A stretch of DNA of 64,000 nucleotides from Schmidtea polychroa (taxonomy: Eukaryota). The notes beneath the pieces were generated by a model. The model had not been told where the DNA came from, did not search any database, and saw only the letters and a list, made by a program, of their open reading frames with translations. The number at the start of each line of letters is the position of its first letter. Position 1 is the stretch's first letter. Made by a program: the position numbers and the translations under genes. The stretch is taken from contig CM097885.1 of NCBI GenBank assembly GCA_044892525.1, positions 176,824,001 through 176,888,000 on the forward strand. Direction: 5' to 3'. Positions 1 to 15,235 of the stretch are shown here, piece by piece.

Positions 1-1429
1 TTTCTTTGCTAATGTATCTTCAAAAATAGCACCTCGTAAACAGAACTTAATTTATTGTTTGCTAAAAAAGTGTTGGCAAAGAAAGGTTGAATCAAAAATA
101 ATAGATTGTATAGATTCAGAAAAATTGGATCATTTTGCTACTTAGAACAAAAGCCGATAGACCATGCATAGAAGATGAAAAGACAAAAAATTTGCTAATT
201 ATTTACCAGAAAAATCAACGAATTCTATTCGAATATCGTGTTAGTGAATAATGAACATCATGGGGCAATTACAAAAACTTTAAAAATCCTATTGTCATGC
301 ATATAAAATTAAAGTTTATCAACACTTAGATGCCTCTGGAGCTTATCTTAAAATATGTGAAGAAATAATTGTGAAAATTGATGAAAGTACTTATTTTCTA
401 AGCAAATCAATGACTTTTATGAACAAAATTTTTATTTTAATGATATAATAAACAAAATTAACTACGAATATTGAAACTATCACAAAATGTCACCAAAGCC
501 CAAAAATAAGTTACTACATAAGCATTTTTAGTCACAATATCCATGCCCTATTCTTATTTGACGATAAAATTTATTGAAGTTATTATTTTTTATTATTACG
601 AATAAACTGTAAATGAGGATAATTATTTGGACTTGTAATTGAACTTGGAATGTTTAAAATTGTTATTAGAATATATATTTGCATTTTAACTATTTGAGAT
701 ATTTAATAACTTTTATACAAAATACCTTTCTTGCCAACTACTTAAACGAAATTATTGTTACGTTAGTGAAACTATAGTTAAATAAAGCAACCATCAAATG
801 TATAACAAAGTAAAACCTTCCCCTGCTAGCAAGGCCACATTAAGTAGGATAAAATACAGTACATATTCAAGTCACCGCATAGTATTTTATACAAAATTAA
901 GTGACTTTCCAAAAATACAGTTTTGAGGAAAATGATTAAAATCGCATTAAAGCACTTCACAAGCCTTTTCAGAAATACCAAATTAAAAGAATTATAATAA
1001 AACCAATAAAAAATTAGAAAATTGTGTAAAATTCAGTTTATAAGCAATGTAAAACACGTAGACTAAATTTTGAAAATTGTTGGTATTCTTTCAAACACTT
1101 ATAGAATGTTATTCATCAAGCCATGTGTCACCGTTGTCAAATGGGATAGCATCAACATTAAATATTCACATTCATAGGTTCAGTGCATAACCACTGAATT
1201 TCCATCATCAATTTATGTTACAAAAATTTTGATTCGGCTTTCCAACTCCCATTCCATTTTAAATTGTTTTCTATAAACAATATACTAAAATTTTTCATTA
1301 GATTGTTGACGCTGATATAGATTTCTTTAAAAAATGCATAAATTTATCCCCAAAACAAGTCAAAATATATAATAACAATCTGATAATATCCTTTTTTAAA
1401 AATTATTTTACTATTGTCAATTTAGTTGA

Positions 1430-1483
<54 letters not shown>

Positions 1484-1487
<4 letters not shown>

Positions 1488-1592
1488 TAGAAAAATAAAG
1501 TGATAATTTAAGCCTTTGCTGCGAATAATGTATTTAATGAAAACATTATTCGCAGCAAAAGGCTTAAATTATCACTTTATTGTTTTAAATAA
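1484..1592. mobile_element. Palindromic MITE-like element embedded between (ATT)n tracts
   Basis: Near-perfect fold-back: aaataaagtgataatttaagcctttgctgcgaataatgt ... acattattcgcagcaaaaggcttaaattatcactttatt. (ATT)n lies on both sides (about 1429-1487 and 1624-1668). A second copy is at about 12215-12545. Confidence 0.65.
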
Positions 1593-1623
1593 TAGATGCT
1601 GCTACCAAGAAATCATCACTTTA

Positions 1624-1669
<46 letters not shown>

Positions 1670-2997
1670 ATAAAATTATTATCTATTATTTATAATTTTT
1701 CGTAATACTTTTATTAATTTTCTATATCTTAATAATACAAAAAATTTGAATTTTTAAAAATATCTCAAGTTAGGAAATCCAGGAAGTTGAATTTATTCCC
1801 CTCTCTCAGCCAATGAAAATTCAACAGTCAAATTTTTTAAAATGTATCTAAATGTATATTTAAAAAATTCATTAAAGTATAGCATACCATTTAAAAAAAG
1901 TCTTATCATAATATTCACAGGAAACTGATCGCCATTCAATGATATGAAATGCTAGTTTATTCCATTTATTCAAAACCGTTTATCGTGTCTTGTGAATACA
2001 ATAAGTTTCATTATACTTTTTAGTATTGTGAGAATCTCAAGTAAAATCTGTAAAAAAATTCTACAGTCGAGAGTACTCAAAAACTTTTAAAATGTCTTGA
2101 ATCGGAGTTGCCTATATGCATGCAGCCAATAAAAACTAGATAGTTAAACAACACTTAAAAAGACAGTGCCGAAAATCTGTGTTATAAAGGCGAAAATAGA
2201 CTGTCATTATGAAAATAAATGAAATATAAGTGTAAAATTTTATGAAAATTATCAAAATCGCAGTATTGCAAGCCACATAAGTGAAAATTAATGTCTGACT
2301 TGGGAAGCCGAAAAATATTCCAAGATTATTATTATGACTATTTGTCTCTAATTTTCGAAGTCAGATGAACTTGAAGTCAACAAAATAATGTCATAATTCA
2401 TCATTAAAAGGAAAATTCTTCATTATTCAATGACAGTAATAATATTTCTCCGTGATCAATTGTATCGAGACAGTTGATATTGAAGACACTAAGAATTTCG
2501 ACAGCTGTTTTGTGTACTAACGAAGCTGCTAGCCAGTTTATCTATGAATTCATGGCTTGACAAAACAGAATAAGAATAAATAGAATTTGTACTTTTTTCA
2601 CTATTGCCAATAGCTATTTTGTATTAAAGCTATAAATGTTAGATATAGTTGTCAGTCTAATTCCATTCTAGCAGTATTGTCAGATTTCGACTTGTAAATT
2701 TATATTTAACCAGAGGGGCACAAGTTAACCCACTCTGGGTCACTGAGTTATAACTTCAACATATCACATGACAAATCTATTAATAGTAACATAAAAATCA
2801 GACGCAATCGTCATGGAATTTAGGTGAAACACACATCAACAATTTACATTATCTTGAACTTTCATACTGAATCCGATGAGCTAAAAATAATTTGAAAAAT
2901 ATTGATTATTTCATGTCAAAATTAGAAACTTTAAAAATTGAAAGCTTCTAAAAATTTATAACGATCCTGTAGAGAATTTTATTTTGAGTTTAATATG

Positions 2998-3515
2998 CAG
3001 GGTTACTAACTCGACTATTTTCACCCGAAGACTTCGGGTTTCATGTGGTAACTTCGGGTCTTCGGGTTGAACACTTATTTCTTTCGGGTCTGACTCGTTC
3101 CAGACTTGGTAAGCCTGTAATGCATTTATTGAGAGAATTTTTTCAATAATGAATTCCGTTTAGAGAGTTGAAAGAAATAAAATGAGAATAGCGCTTATTA
3201 AAGCAGAACTTTCTGTAAGGATAAATTTCGACATGAAACGTGAAGATTTTCTTACATATTTAAAAGCACCAGAACAAAAAATTTACTTGAATGTTCATTA
3301 AAAACAACAAAATATAATTTTAAGTATTAATTATATTTTCTGAAGTTCCTAATTTTATTTTGTTTTCTTATTGAATAAATTTTGTTGTTTTATGTTTTAT
3401 TGTTGATGAATAAATATATTTTGTTTTATATTTATGTATTTATTATATATAATTAAATCTTCGGATGTAAAAATAATTTCTTCGGATCTGACTCGTTCCA
3501 GACTTGGTAACCCTG
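2998..3515 (+). mobile_element. Non-autonomous hAT element with transposase C-terminal relic
   Basis: TIRs cagggttactaactc / gacttggtaaccctg. Perfect 8-bp TSD ttaatatg (2990-2997 and 3516-3523). Internal relic NAFIERIFSIMNSV*RVERNKMRIALIKAEL resembles the hAT dimerisation domain. Confidence 0.9.
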
Positions 3516-4673
3516 TTAATATGCAAAAGATTTTCGAAAAATGCTTCTGATGTAGAGCAAGAATTTCGAAAATCTGTTATTTCTAAAAACTTAAAATACC
3601 ATCCTGTAGAAAAATTAATTCTGTGTTAAATAACCAAAAGTAATTTGAAAACTATCCACAATGAAAACTCAGTAATAACACGAAAATTTAGTATTTATTT
3701 TTGGGACATTTAATTCATCTTTTATATATAAAAATCTGTTTCAGAATATTATAATTTGAAATTTAATCTTAAAAAGCACTCTATATTATGGAATGTTTAA
3801 ACACATAAATACTCTTAAAAGAACGCAACTATCAATTATCATCCAAAATCAAATCATCTTCGTTGAGCTTACCAAATCTGTTTTAAATTGCGCGCCAAAA
3901 ATTTAAGATAAATATTTATTATAATAAATATAAATTTTTATCAAAATCTCATAAATTTTCGAATATTTAAACACACAGACATTTCTGATGTAATTCAAAT
4001 TTGAAGAAATGAATGAGTTAGAAAAAATGCGACTGATAAAAGGTCATAATAATAATATTTAAATAATAATAATATTGATAAAAAATAATAAAAAGAAGAA
4101 ATGAATTAGAAAATTTACAAAAAATATCGAAATTAATATTTGATTCTATCAATTTCATTCATTTAAGAGTGTTGAAATAATTATTGAAATGCATAGGATT
4201 TTAAATAAATTCAAATTCATCTATAACACATTGTTTCAGAAATATTGAAAATGTTTCTAAAGTAAAACGCATGGCCTTCTAGATAGCTATAGCTTTATTC
4301 CACTACAAATCCAATCGAAAATGTATGGAGTACAGTGGTTACAAAATTACAACGGAAATTGGAAAATCGGGCCAACAGTTTATGCAGCATTAACTAACTA
4401 TTGAAATAATCTAATTAATTCATTATATGGTAAAGGCTGAAATTGGTTAATATATTAACCAGTTGCCTTAAGGTCTATATTTCTAATACCGCCCATATAA
4501 ACATCAATTTATGGTTTTAACTGCGTGAAGTTTGCATTGTAACATAGGAATCCTCTTGAAGTTAAAATTCGAAAAGAATATTCTATACTATATTCTATTG
4601 CAAAAGAATATTCAAAGTCCAATAATCGTTGCAAATTCTTTTATTTGTGTATTTACTGGTGTTGTTTTCTGCA

Positions 4674-5092
4674 CAGGGCCAGCTATGGGTTTTGTGGGGC
4701 CTTGGGAAAATATTATATGCGGGCCCCTGTCCAAAAAGGAAGAAATGATACATGAACATAATTTTATCAATTTATTTAATGAAATATTTATTTTTTCGAT
4801 ATATTCAATATTATACATATTGTGCCGTATTCGACTGAGGAGAGTGGAGTGATGTATATGCGCAACTAGAACATTGATCTTTCACTTTACGCAGGAATGA
4901 CATAATATGCACAGACATGTAAAGAAACAACCTTAACGAGCGAGATGTTAATGCAGGGAATGACTTATGTTAACATCCGACTTGTAAAAAATGTTGCATT
5001 TGGTGTCAAAAACTTGCCCTAGCTATTAATAATTGCTAGAAATATGAAATCACGGGGCCTCGGGAAAATCCCCGAAGTCTGAGCCGGCTCTG
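4674..5092. mobile_element. hAT-type MITE
   Basis: Ends cagggccagct / agccggctctg. Imperfect 8-bp TSD tttctgca / cctctgca. Confidence 0.6.
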
Positions 5093-5207
5093 CCTCTGCA
5101 TATTTAAATTAATTTAATATTATATATTTTACTGGCTAATTGTAAGTAAAATGGTAAGTTAAATTTCTTTTTAAGTTTCACCATCTTTATCAACTGCATC
5201 ACTTGAC

Positions 5208-5212
<5 letters not shown>

Positions 5213-5286
<74 letters not shown>
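5213..5286. repeat. (TA)n microsatellite in a LATS intron
   Basis: Direct reading of the sequence. Confidence 0.95.
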
Positions 5287-5288
<2 letters not shown>

Positions 5289-5290
5289 TA

Positions 5291-5931
<641 letters not shown>

Positions 5932-8298
5932 CTGTTAAAAAAATCAAAGAACATTTAAACTTCTCTCCGAAAATTTTACTATTAAAAATTATTCACTATT
6001 TTCCTGTTAAATACTAATTTTTATTTATTATTAGGAAATAAAGAAAATATTAAATATATATTGAAGAATTTACTAGTTTATTACAAAAATAGATTGGTGG
6101 CACACTCTTTTAACAATAATAACCACCGACAAGAAATTTTATAGAGCGCAAAATTTATATAACTATTCTTTTATACAGTAAAACATCTAACAAGAATTAT
6201 TTAAGGTTTTTTAGGTAAGGTCTATTGGATACTGACATTTTTGAATTACTTTAACTTGTTAATTAGTCATTAAAAAAATAAAAAATAAGTTTATTCAACC
6301 AAAATTTTAGATATCATATTTTTGATTTTGATTTTCTTTAATAATAGATAAAGTGTTTCATTCTGCAGATTTTATTTTTTTCATAAATATTTATTCAATA
6401 ATAGGATTTCTTTGGGTAGTTACATTTTCAAAAAAGTTCCCAAGAAACTTACACATATTTTTTGATGAAATTATCATTTAATTCATTCCTTAAGAAGTAT
6501 TCGTTGAATTATAATTTTTAGATGCCAGTGAATATCAGCAATAATGACATCACTAGTAATGATGAAAACATTTGACATATTTTTGAAATAACCAATTCCA
6601 AAGAAAAGGAGGAAAATTTATAGAAGTGTGACCAAGACACGAACAAATGATTGAAAACTAAATTCATGACTTGAATCACCAAACTTCAACAGATAAAATT
6701 GAGTTATTATTATATGTTTAATCAATTTTTGTTTTAATGAATTATATATTTTTATTGAGTTAATTGAACTAAATTTTTACTTATAAAAAATAATTTATTA
6801 TTCAATATGTTCATGAATGTAGTAAGTTTGTGGGAAAAATAGGTAAGAACGTTGCATACTTTTATCATAATATTTTCATTGTTTAGAATGAACCTTTTAT
6901 TTATAAAACCCCATGACTTCGTCCCATTTTTCTAAAAATCGATGAACTCTGTAAAATTCACTAATATTTATTCACGGAGAAAACAATCAATCAATGAAAT
7001 GCCAATATAGTAACAAAGTTCTTAAAGATAATAAGAATGTTTCGACAATCCTTTCCTGTGCCAAAAATATATCCNNNNNNNNNNNNNNNNNNNNNNNNNN
7101 NNNNNNNNNNNNNNNNNNNNNNNNNNNNNNNNNNNNNNNNNNNNNNNNNNNNNNNNNNNNNNNNNNNNNNNNNNNNNNNNNNNNNNNNNNNNNNNNNNNN
7201 NNNNNNNNNNNNNNNNNNNNNNNNNNNNNNNNNNNNNNNNNNNNNNNNNNNNNNNNNNNNNNNNNNNNNNNNNNNNATCAAACAGTAGTGAAAAATAATT
7301 TCACTTATAACCAATTTTTTTCGAAATAAAAAAATAAAAATTAAAATATATTAAAAATAATTTAAAGTATTTAAAGAAATCTGCTAGACATAGGCATAGG
7401 CATCCCTAAAACATTGAACAGTAGATTAATCACATATTGATCGCTAATTGATAGAAATTGACAGAAATATCGATAAGAAAAAACCTATTGGAATTCGATA
7501 AATAAAATTTCTGAACAGATAAAACGCTGAACGAACAGATATTCCGATGTAAAACCGAAAATCAATTCTACACTATTTCCCCATGTCTGAACATAGCAAT
7601 CAAATTTGATTATCAGTTGAAAAAGCCCAGTTATGATAAATAAATTAACCAGAAAAATTGTCATTTCTATAATTAGAATCAGTAAAAAATAATTTCATCG
7701 CTTAATTATAAAATAGTTTTCATTGAATGAATTATTGTCAATGAATCCTGGGCAATTTCGGCGTGTGAGGCCAACAGCATCAACAATCACAACTGACTAC
7801 TGATGGATGATTACAAGAACATTAAGTCAAAATACGTTTTCTAGGAAATTATTCCATTCAATTATTATTTCCTCTTATTTAACTACTGTAAACATTTATT
7901 GAAAAATACATTCTATGTCTATCGATTAGGAAATAAATAAAAAAAATCAATTAATTCATTCTAATGGAATTAAATCCATTATTATTAAGGAATTTAAACC
8001 GAATTTTAGCCAATTATTTGATGACGCAATTTAAATGATTCTACATAAATTAAAACAAATTCCTACATATTTTGAAAAATATTGTTTATTTCAAACAAAT
8101 AAATGTTTTAATTAAATAAAATACGATATTTTAAATAATTACAATATATTATGTAAACTATTGGATTGAACTACACCAGATGGATAATGACTAAAATGAT
8201 GATCGACAATTATAATATAATATATATTATTATGAATTATTATGTATTATTGTATATTATTACGCATTTAATGAATTAGTATATAACATTATGTATTA

Positions 8299-8547
8299 CA
8301 GTGGTGGCCAACCAAAATCAATCGAAGGGCCAAATTTTCGGAAAAATACTATCACGGGCCACAATAAATTCATTTAAATAAATATAACTCGTTTTTACGA
8401 TTAAAGTAAACTTAGAATCAACTTTTTAAATTAAAAACATGCTTAATTCGAATATGAATTCTAAAAATGACAATTATTGATTTGATGTTTAAAATTGTGT
8501 CCGGGCCACATCAAAACGCTTTGCGGGCCACCGGTTGACCATGGCTG
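8299..8547. mobile_element. hAT MITE
   Basis: TIRs cagtggtggccaacc / ggttgaccatggctg. Perfect 8-bp TSD atgtatta. Confidence 0.88.
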
Positions 8548-9747
8548 ATGTATTATAAAGCATTGACGTTTAATTTGGTTTTAGTAAATATGATTATGTA
8601 TTATTAGCCATTATTAGCAACTATTATGCATTATAAATAACATTAGGTTTTGTTATATTAGGTATTATTATGTATTATTACACAACATAACGTGTGTTAT
8701 ATTATGCATTATTATGAAACACTATCTATTATAATGTATTATTAGCCATTATCAGGCATTATTATATATTATTAAATATTATTAGGAATTATTAGTTATT
8801 ATTAGATATTTTTAGGCATTATTAAGTAATATTATGCATTATCAGTGTTATAAGGTATTAATATTACTTTTATATTAGAGAAATCTTGATGTTAAAATAA
8901 ATATTATTTATTTTAAAAATGCTTGAACTTTAATATGATAAACAAAATTAAATAAAATTATAAACAAAATTCACTGAAAAAGTAGAAATGTTATTAACTT
9001 GCTAATTTGCCGATCAAAACACATCTCACCTTTAAAAATTATAAAAAATATACAGCAATCAAGAGAGAATTCACTGATATTTCGACTGTTTAGGATGTAA
9101 TAAAACACTGGAAACCCAGGACCAATTATTCTTATAGAGGTTGATATATAAATCTTGTTCAGGTAGTTAGATCTTATATATTCTCTGTTTTAACGGCCTT
9201 TTTAAAAAAGCAATAAACAAAAAGAATTTTAAAAAAATTTTAAGAAAATTAGATTTTCTTGGATTTACCAACATATTCTTCTCGGACTGTTTTAGAATTA
9301 ATATGAAGTTAATATGAAGTTAACATCTTGAAGCACTTGATTTTGCTGATATGTTATTAAGGCGGCACTTAACTTAATCATTCACTTCTGATAATGAGTT
9401 TTGAATTCATAGTATTTTAATAAGATAATTTCAAATCTTGGGGAAATTAAAAAGAATAGTTTAATAAATTTAGAAGAACATTTACAAAAACTAAGAAAAG
9501 TTACTGAGTTCGAGATAATATTGAAAGATGACATAAAGATCAAAATGTGTTCAAAGTTCTTTCCACTGTAAACTAGAATACACCAAAGACGATAAAGTAA
9601 TACGGATTTTTTAGTAGAACAATTGAAATATAATCAAACAAGATCCAAAACATTTAAACTTATTGAATGTTAAATAAAAAAATAGTGAATGTTTGAGAAA
9701 ATAATCTAAAGATTGAAAATAAACAAATTATTTAAAAAAATTTAATA

Positions 9748-10075
9748 TTAGGTTGGCGCAAAATTGCTGCGCGTACAAACAAAACGTTTATAGTTCTAAT
9801 AATAATAATTGAATAAAGTAATGCTTAAATAATTTTCATTTATTTTATTAATAATGTCTTAAAGTTATAACGGGAAGTCTTCATATTATACATGTGATGT
9901 TTATATGAATTTTAACAAAGTAATACAGCTTCTAAAGCTGCGCAAATAATTTATTCAATTTATGGAAGAAATGTTGCCATTTATCAATTTTGCAAAGATA
10001 ATTTTCCAGATTTCTTTCAATCCTCTTGATTTTGAGGATTTTAAACATTCTGGAAAACCAATTTAATTACAAAAT
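9748..10075 (+). mobile_element. Mariner remnant (left TIR plus degenerate N-terminal HTH)
   Basis: TA followed by ttaggttggcgcaaaa, a mariner-type TIR. Decayed reading NTASKAAQIIYSIYGRNV...RF...DFEDFKHSGKP matches the mariner N-terminus that ends in the GRPR-like linker. Confidence 0.75.
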
Positions 10076-12157
10076 ACCTATTTAATTAATGTTCTTGGTA
10101 CGAAATTTGACTAAATGTTTTTATGTTGATCATTTAACTATCTTACTAGTTCATACGAAAAATACAGAAATAATATTTTTCAACGCCCAAGCATTTGTCT
10201 TTCACTTCCGGTAAAATATGAAATATTTTTAAATATATTTTCTTTGTTAAATAGACGTGGAAAATTTGGAAAAATTCTATCTATGAAAGAAGAAAGACAA
10301 TGCAAAACTACATGCAGAAAATAAAACACACAGAAGATTACATGAAATCCAATGATATATTTTACTTCATCAAGTTTATTCTTCAGATTTAAACATACCA
10401 ATTATCATCCATTTCGGTCAAGCATTTTATAAGAAATATATCATTTTTGTATAACAATTTCTCGCCAAAGATTTTATAGTTTCTTTAAGTGAAATCGCAG
10501 AGTTTTTATAGTGATGGTTATCGTTAATTGCCTGTAAGATGCAAAAACATCATACTAAGAAATGAAATTACTTGTTTGTTTTCTACTATTGCTCATTATA
10601 AATAAAGGTTTTGTAAAAAAATTGCACTTATCTGTGAATTTCCCTAATAAATAGACTTTAAAAACTATCTCTAGCAATAAAATATTTAAAGTAAAAATCC
10701 ACGGATGAAACAATGGTTGTAATTAAAGATGAAGATAATCAGGACACTGGGAAATAAATAAAATTTAAAAAAATAGGGAATTCCAAATCTACAGAAAATG
10801 TAAATAGTAAATGGAAAGCTACATTAACCCTTAATAACCTGAATTATATAGTTTTATTTCTCGCAAAACTTCATTAGAACACATCAATTGCTTGTTATAG
10901 CTCGACCGAGGATTCTGAACATGCATAAACACTTCGAGTATATCCAAAATCGAGATGGCGAAATAGACGAACAAAGAAAATTGATATTTCGAAAACAACA
11001 AGATGAGTCCCATTAAATTAGCTGTTATTCTTATATCAAAGGATATCCAATGTGACAAGTATAAAAAATATGGCAACATTCCAAAATTCTGATGGCAATA
11101 ATGGATAAACAATTGTATAACAAATTAAAAGTATACAAATATGCTCGTCTTAAAATTATCACCAAGACTTTAAATTCGTCTATGACAGAGTGTGAACAGT
11201 AGTGTTGAAATGGTTCATAAATGTAATTAGTTTGTGAATTTTAAATACCAATTAAAATTTTATTGTAAGCAAAGATTTTGATGAACGAGGTATTAATAAT
11301 TCTCAGAGTAAGAAATTGCTAATAAAATATATTGAAAAGAAAAATGAATTGTAGCAAAATAATTATATAAGATTGTTCATATTAACCCTTAAATATTGGC
11401 GCTGTAAATTTTTTTCTGCACAACCGATTTCATCAAAACCTTTGAATTTGTATACTAAAGCAATAATTATTTCAAGATGGTTGTGAACTTTATGAAACAT
11501 TACATTTATGTGATACTGCAAGTATATACAAGTAAAATACAAGTACAACAAGTAAAAATTTATTAGAATTTCATAGGACGAATTTTCAGTTACTTTTAAA
11601 AAGTATTTTCGTGTATATTGCAAATAAAACAAATAAAATAAAATGCTGTTCGTTTTCGGCTTTCTCATTCCTTAGCGTGATTTTAAACAAGTTCTGTATT
11701 AGTTAACTTTTAAATATTCTGTTCAATGAAGGAAGATGATTAAAATTGATTTCGAGAGTTATTTTCTCAAAATATATTAACAGAAGAAGATTTTTATACA
11801 AATATAATATTCTTGAAATTATATTTAGACATTAAAATAAAATAATATATGTAATATATGATTGTCTACATGCTTTGTCGTAGACTTTATCCAATTTTGC
11901 ATCTGATTCTTTAGCCTGAAGTACTACTAAAATAGATACGTAAGATTTCAAAACTATTCTACCGAGATCAATATAAATTCTAATCAAATTTCAAAAAACT
12001 GTAAATTGCGTAATCAGTTATAAATCAAAACCTAATTGAACTATTTTTACAAATACGGATCTCTCTCTCTCAATTACACATTCTAGGTAAATTTTAACAG
12101 ACATATTTTGTAACAAATGTTTATCTTATCATTTGTTTAACATTTCCTTTATGCTCT

Positions 12158-12180
12158 TACCAAGAAATCGTTATTTTATA

Positions 12181-12216
<36 letters not shown>

Positions 12217-12546
12217 TAAAACAATAAAATGATAATTTAAGCCTTTTGCTATTATTTAATAGAATAAAAAACAATCACTCGTCGTGATTGCTTATTTAAA
12301 ACAATTATTTTTTTATCGAAGATTTGTAGAAACATAATATTCATGGCATTCTCTAAAATCAATGCTAAAACAAATTCTACTTAAATCCCAAATTTTCAGT
12401 GCACCCCGGGGTTGGAAATTCTTTATTGCTATCTTATAGTCGAAAATTTTTTCATTAAATACATTATTTGCAGCAAAAGGCTTAAATTATCATTTTATTG
12501 TTTTAAATAATAAATGCTGCTACCAAGAAATCATCATTTTATATTA

Positions 12547-12630
<84 letters not shown>
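12158..12630. mobile_element. Second copy of the ATT-flanked palindromic element, interrupted by a roughly 160-bp repeat
   Basis: Same arms and gctgctaccaagaaatcatca tail as 1484-1625. The insert (about 12255-12412) is the reverse complement of about 24125-24285. Confidence 0.7.
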
Positions 12631-12633
<3 letters not shown>

Positions 12634-12871
12634 TGTAATAAAATTATGGCAAATGAATAATTCAATGACCACTAATTAGACTTGATAGCAAAAATGCGGA
12701 CATTAGTCAATCGGCCAGACAGTCAAATTAGCGCAGGAAATATTCACACGGATAAAATGCACCAGTTATCACTATATAACACAACTAGAGCCGGTGGCAT
12801 CTTTGTGATATTATCGGCGATAACGTCGAACAAAATACGAGTAATTAAGCTAAGGAATGATAGGAATTTAC

Positions 12872-13287
12872 CTTGATACAGTCAGCACAATCATTGCTCT
12901 CTGTTGTAGTTGCTATAGGCTGCCTAGGAGGTAAAGTTGGGGGATTTGCATGAGACAAACTTCTAGTGGGTTTAGGAGGAATAGGAGGCGGGTTTTGAAC
13001 AGATGGAAGAATGTAATTTCTGTTAGTGTGCTCATCCATTTGCTGAAATATGATGGGATCCTTGTATATATTTGTGAGAAATAGCGGACGGCTAGAATCG
13101 CTGTATTTATTAAAATATAAATAATCGATTGAATTTATTACACACCAGGCAAATGATTTCAATAGCATTTCATCAACTGACACAAATGCCTTTGATTGAC
13201 CACTTTGAATCAACTCTCCAACGTTTTCCGATATTATCTGATGATTATTCGTATCCATAGGTCTCATTCGATTATTGGAATTACAGT
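12872..13287 (-). CDS. LATS: Probable upstream LATS exon(s), proline-rich; possible in-frame 45-nt intron 13101-13145
   Basis: AG acceptor at 13288. The GT donor at 12871 is phase 0 and matches the phase-0 acceptor at 5932. Encodes NPPPIPPKP...PPTLPPRQP. Confidence 0.6.
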
Positions 13288-13999
13288 CTAAGCTCAAAAT
13301 AAATATCGATTTTCTCATTTTAATTAAACAAAAATTATTGAATGATTTTAATTAAAATATACAGTATTAATCTAAATGAAAATTCAACTCCAAAAAGTGC
13401 AACTGGATTCAGTTGATGGAGATATAATTATCCATGAAAATTGAACAATTAGTCAAGAATGCTAATCAGTATCTATAATTATCTATAAAAAGAAGGATTT
13501 TGTAAACACACACATGCACACACACACAAGCGTGTAATAAATTGACCTTAACAATTGATGGAATGCGATTGTCATTCGAGATTGGTGTATTGATTAGTGC
13601 TAACACTGGCACCGGCTGTGTATTTGAGTAGACATTCCAATGATATTCACAGACCAATAATGCAACCAATTAATGATGCAAACCAATGAATCATATATAT
13701 ATATATATACACTTCTATTTTCAATGTTACATTTTTGAAGTTGTACTTTACGCTAAAACTGACATATTAGATACGAAAGATGACAAATTATTGGCTCATA
13801 AAATTATTTTTCAGATATTGTTTATTTAAAACTAATGAAATCTGAATTCAATAAAGCACCAGACTTTGGACACTAATTTAAAGATCGATATATTTTATTC
13901 AAATATATTTTCAATAAAAATAAATAAATAATCGATAAAACATTTAAAATAATTTTCATTAAATAAAAAAGTGCTTTTTTAACTTTTGCATATTTTATT

Positions 14000-15235
14000 C
14001 AAATTTCTGGAAAATATTGCTGAATAAATGAAATAAATATTGGCGAAAGCAGTTTGCGTATTTTTCTCTAAAATTGAGATTTTGCTGAAGTTTAGGGGAT
14101 AAATATCTTCTGCAAAGACAACCAATAAAAGTATATAAATAAAGATTAATTTTAGATGTAACAACTCTTTGGAATACATTGGCATCAGCTGTAAATAGAT
14201 TTTTAAAGTTAATTGAATGTGTAAATAATGCCTTAGAAGAACTTGGTTTGCAAAAGTTTGATGAAAAATATATTCTTGTTCTAAAAAGCATATCAATTAC
14301 GCTTGAACCTACAATGTTAGCAGTTCAAGAACTTAGCAAAAAGATGCTAACTTAATAACAGCAGAAGGGACAATCTTATATGTTATGAAGAAACTTAAGA
14401 ATATAGATACTGAACTATCACTAAATTTATTAGAAATATTAAAAAATGAAATTGGGAAACGTAGAAATAGAGATATGGTGTCCCTACATATATTTTTACA
14501 TCAGGGAACTTACGTTAAACCAAACGAGAATGAGTTTTTAAATTATTCATCTAAATCTAGCCTTAAAAATTATGCCGAGCAAAACTATTTCTAAGATTGT
14601 TTCCCACAATGAATTTGAAAATCGTTAAGTTGCAGAAGATTTAGAAACTGAAATAATACATTTAGAAGAAGATGAATTAACGGAATACGGAAATTTACAA
14701 AATTGTATTCAAAGTTTGGCTAGACCTAAGCAAGTTAAAGAAAATGAATTTAACATTGAAAGAGAATTTAAAAATCTTCAAGGAAATAGGGGGGAATGAA
14801 GTGACGATATGGATTGCTTATATAATGCATTGTTGACTGTAGCTCCAACATCAACCTCTTGCGAAAGAGTATTCTCGGTATCAGGAAACAAAATGACAAA
14901 AATACGAAGTCGACTAGGCGTAAATACGTTAAATGCTCTCGTATTTTTGAAATATTATTTCAATCAAAATTTAAATAATTAATATTTTGACTAAAAAGTA
15001 TTTTTGTTTTGACTAAAATGTTTTTCTAATGTTTAATGGATTAATTTAATTTTATATTATGTTATACTTGTTATAATGAACTGTTTTTGTTTTTAAATAA
15101 ATAAGTATTTTTGATAATCATTTGTTAAGAAATTATTTTTCCTAGAAATTATTTCGAGTACTCGAGTAACCGGTTAATTAAAAAAAAGTACTCGATTACT
15201 CGAGTAATTAAAACTCGAGTAAAATGGAAACCCTA
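14000..15235 (+). mobile_element. Degenerate hAT transposase 3' half plus right end
   Basis: ALLTVAPTSTSCERVFSVSGNKMTKIRSRLGVNTLNALVFLKYYF (hAT dimerisation domain) at about 14825-14960. Subterminal ctcgag repeats and terminus ggaaacccta. Confidence 0.8.

Noticed and set aside
1-430. Possible Merlin/ISXO2-like transposase relic (IIVKIDEST)
   Set aside because: Only one short motif in a heavily disrupted reading, which is insufficient support.
6991-7329. ORFs spanning N-runs (also near 21.8-23.2, 26.0, 30.1, 50.2, 54.9 and 56.7 kb)
   Set aside because: Artefacts of assembly gaps read as X.
9480-11110. Possible Gypsy protease/RT traces at about 9.5-9.7 and 10.7-11.1 kb
   Set aside because: Too decayed to assign; no intact diagnostic motif.
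13466-13669. ORF as a LATS exon
   Set aside because: Its best donor is phase 0 while the next acceptor needs phase 1, and no consistent splice chain was found.
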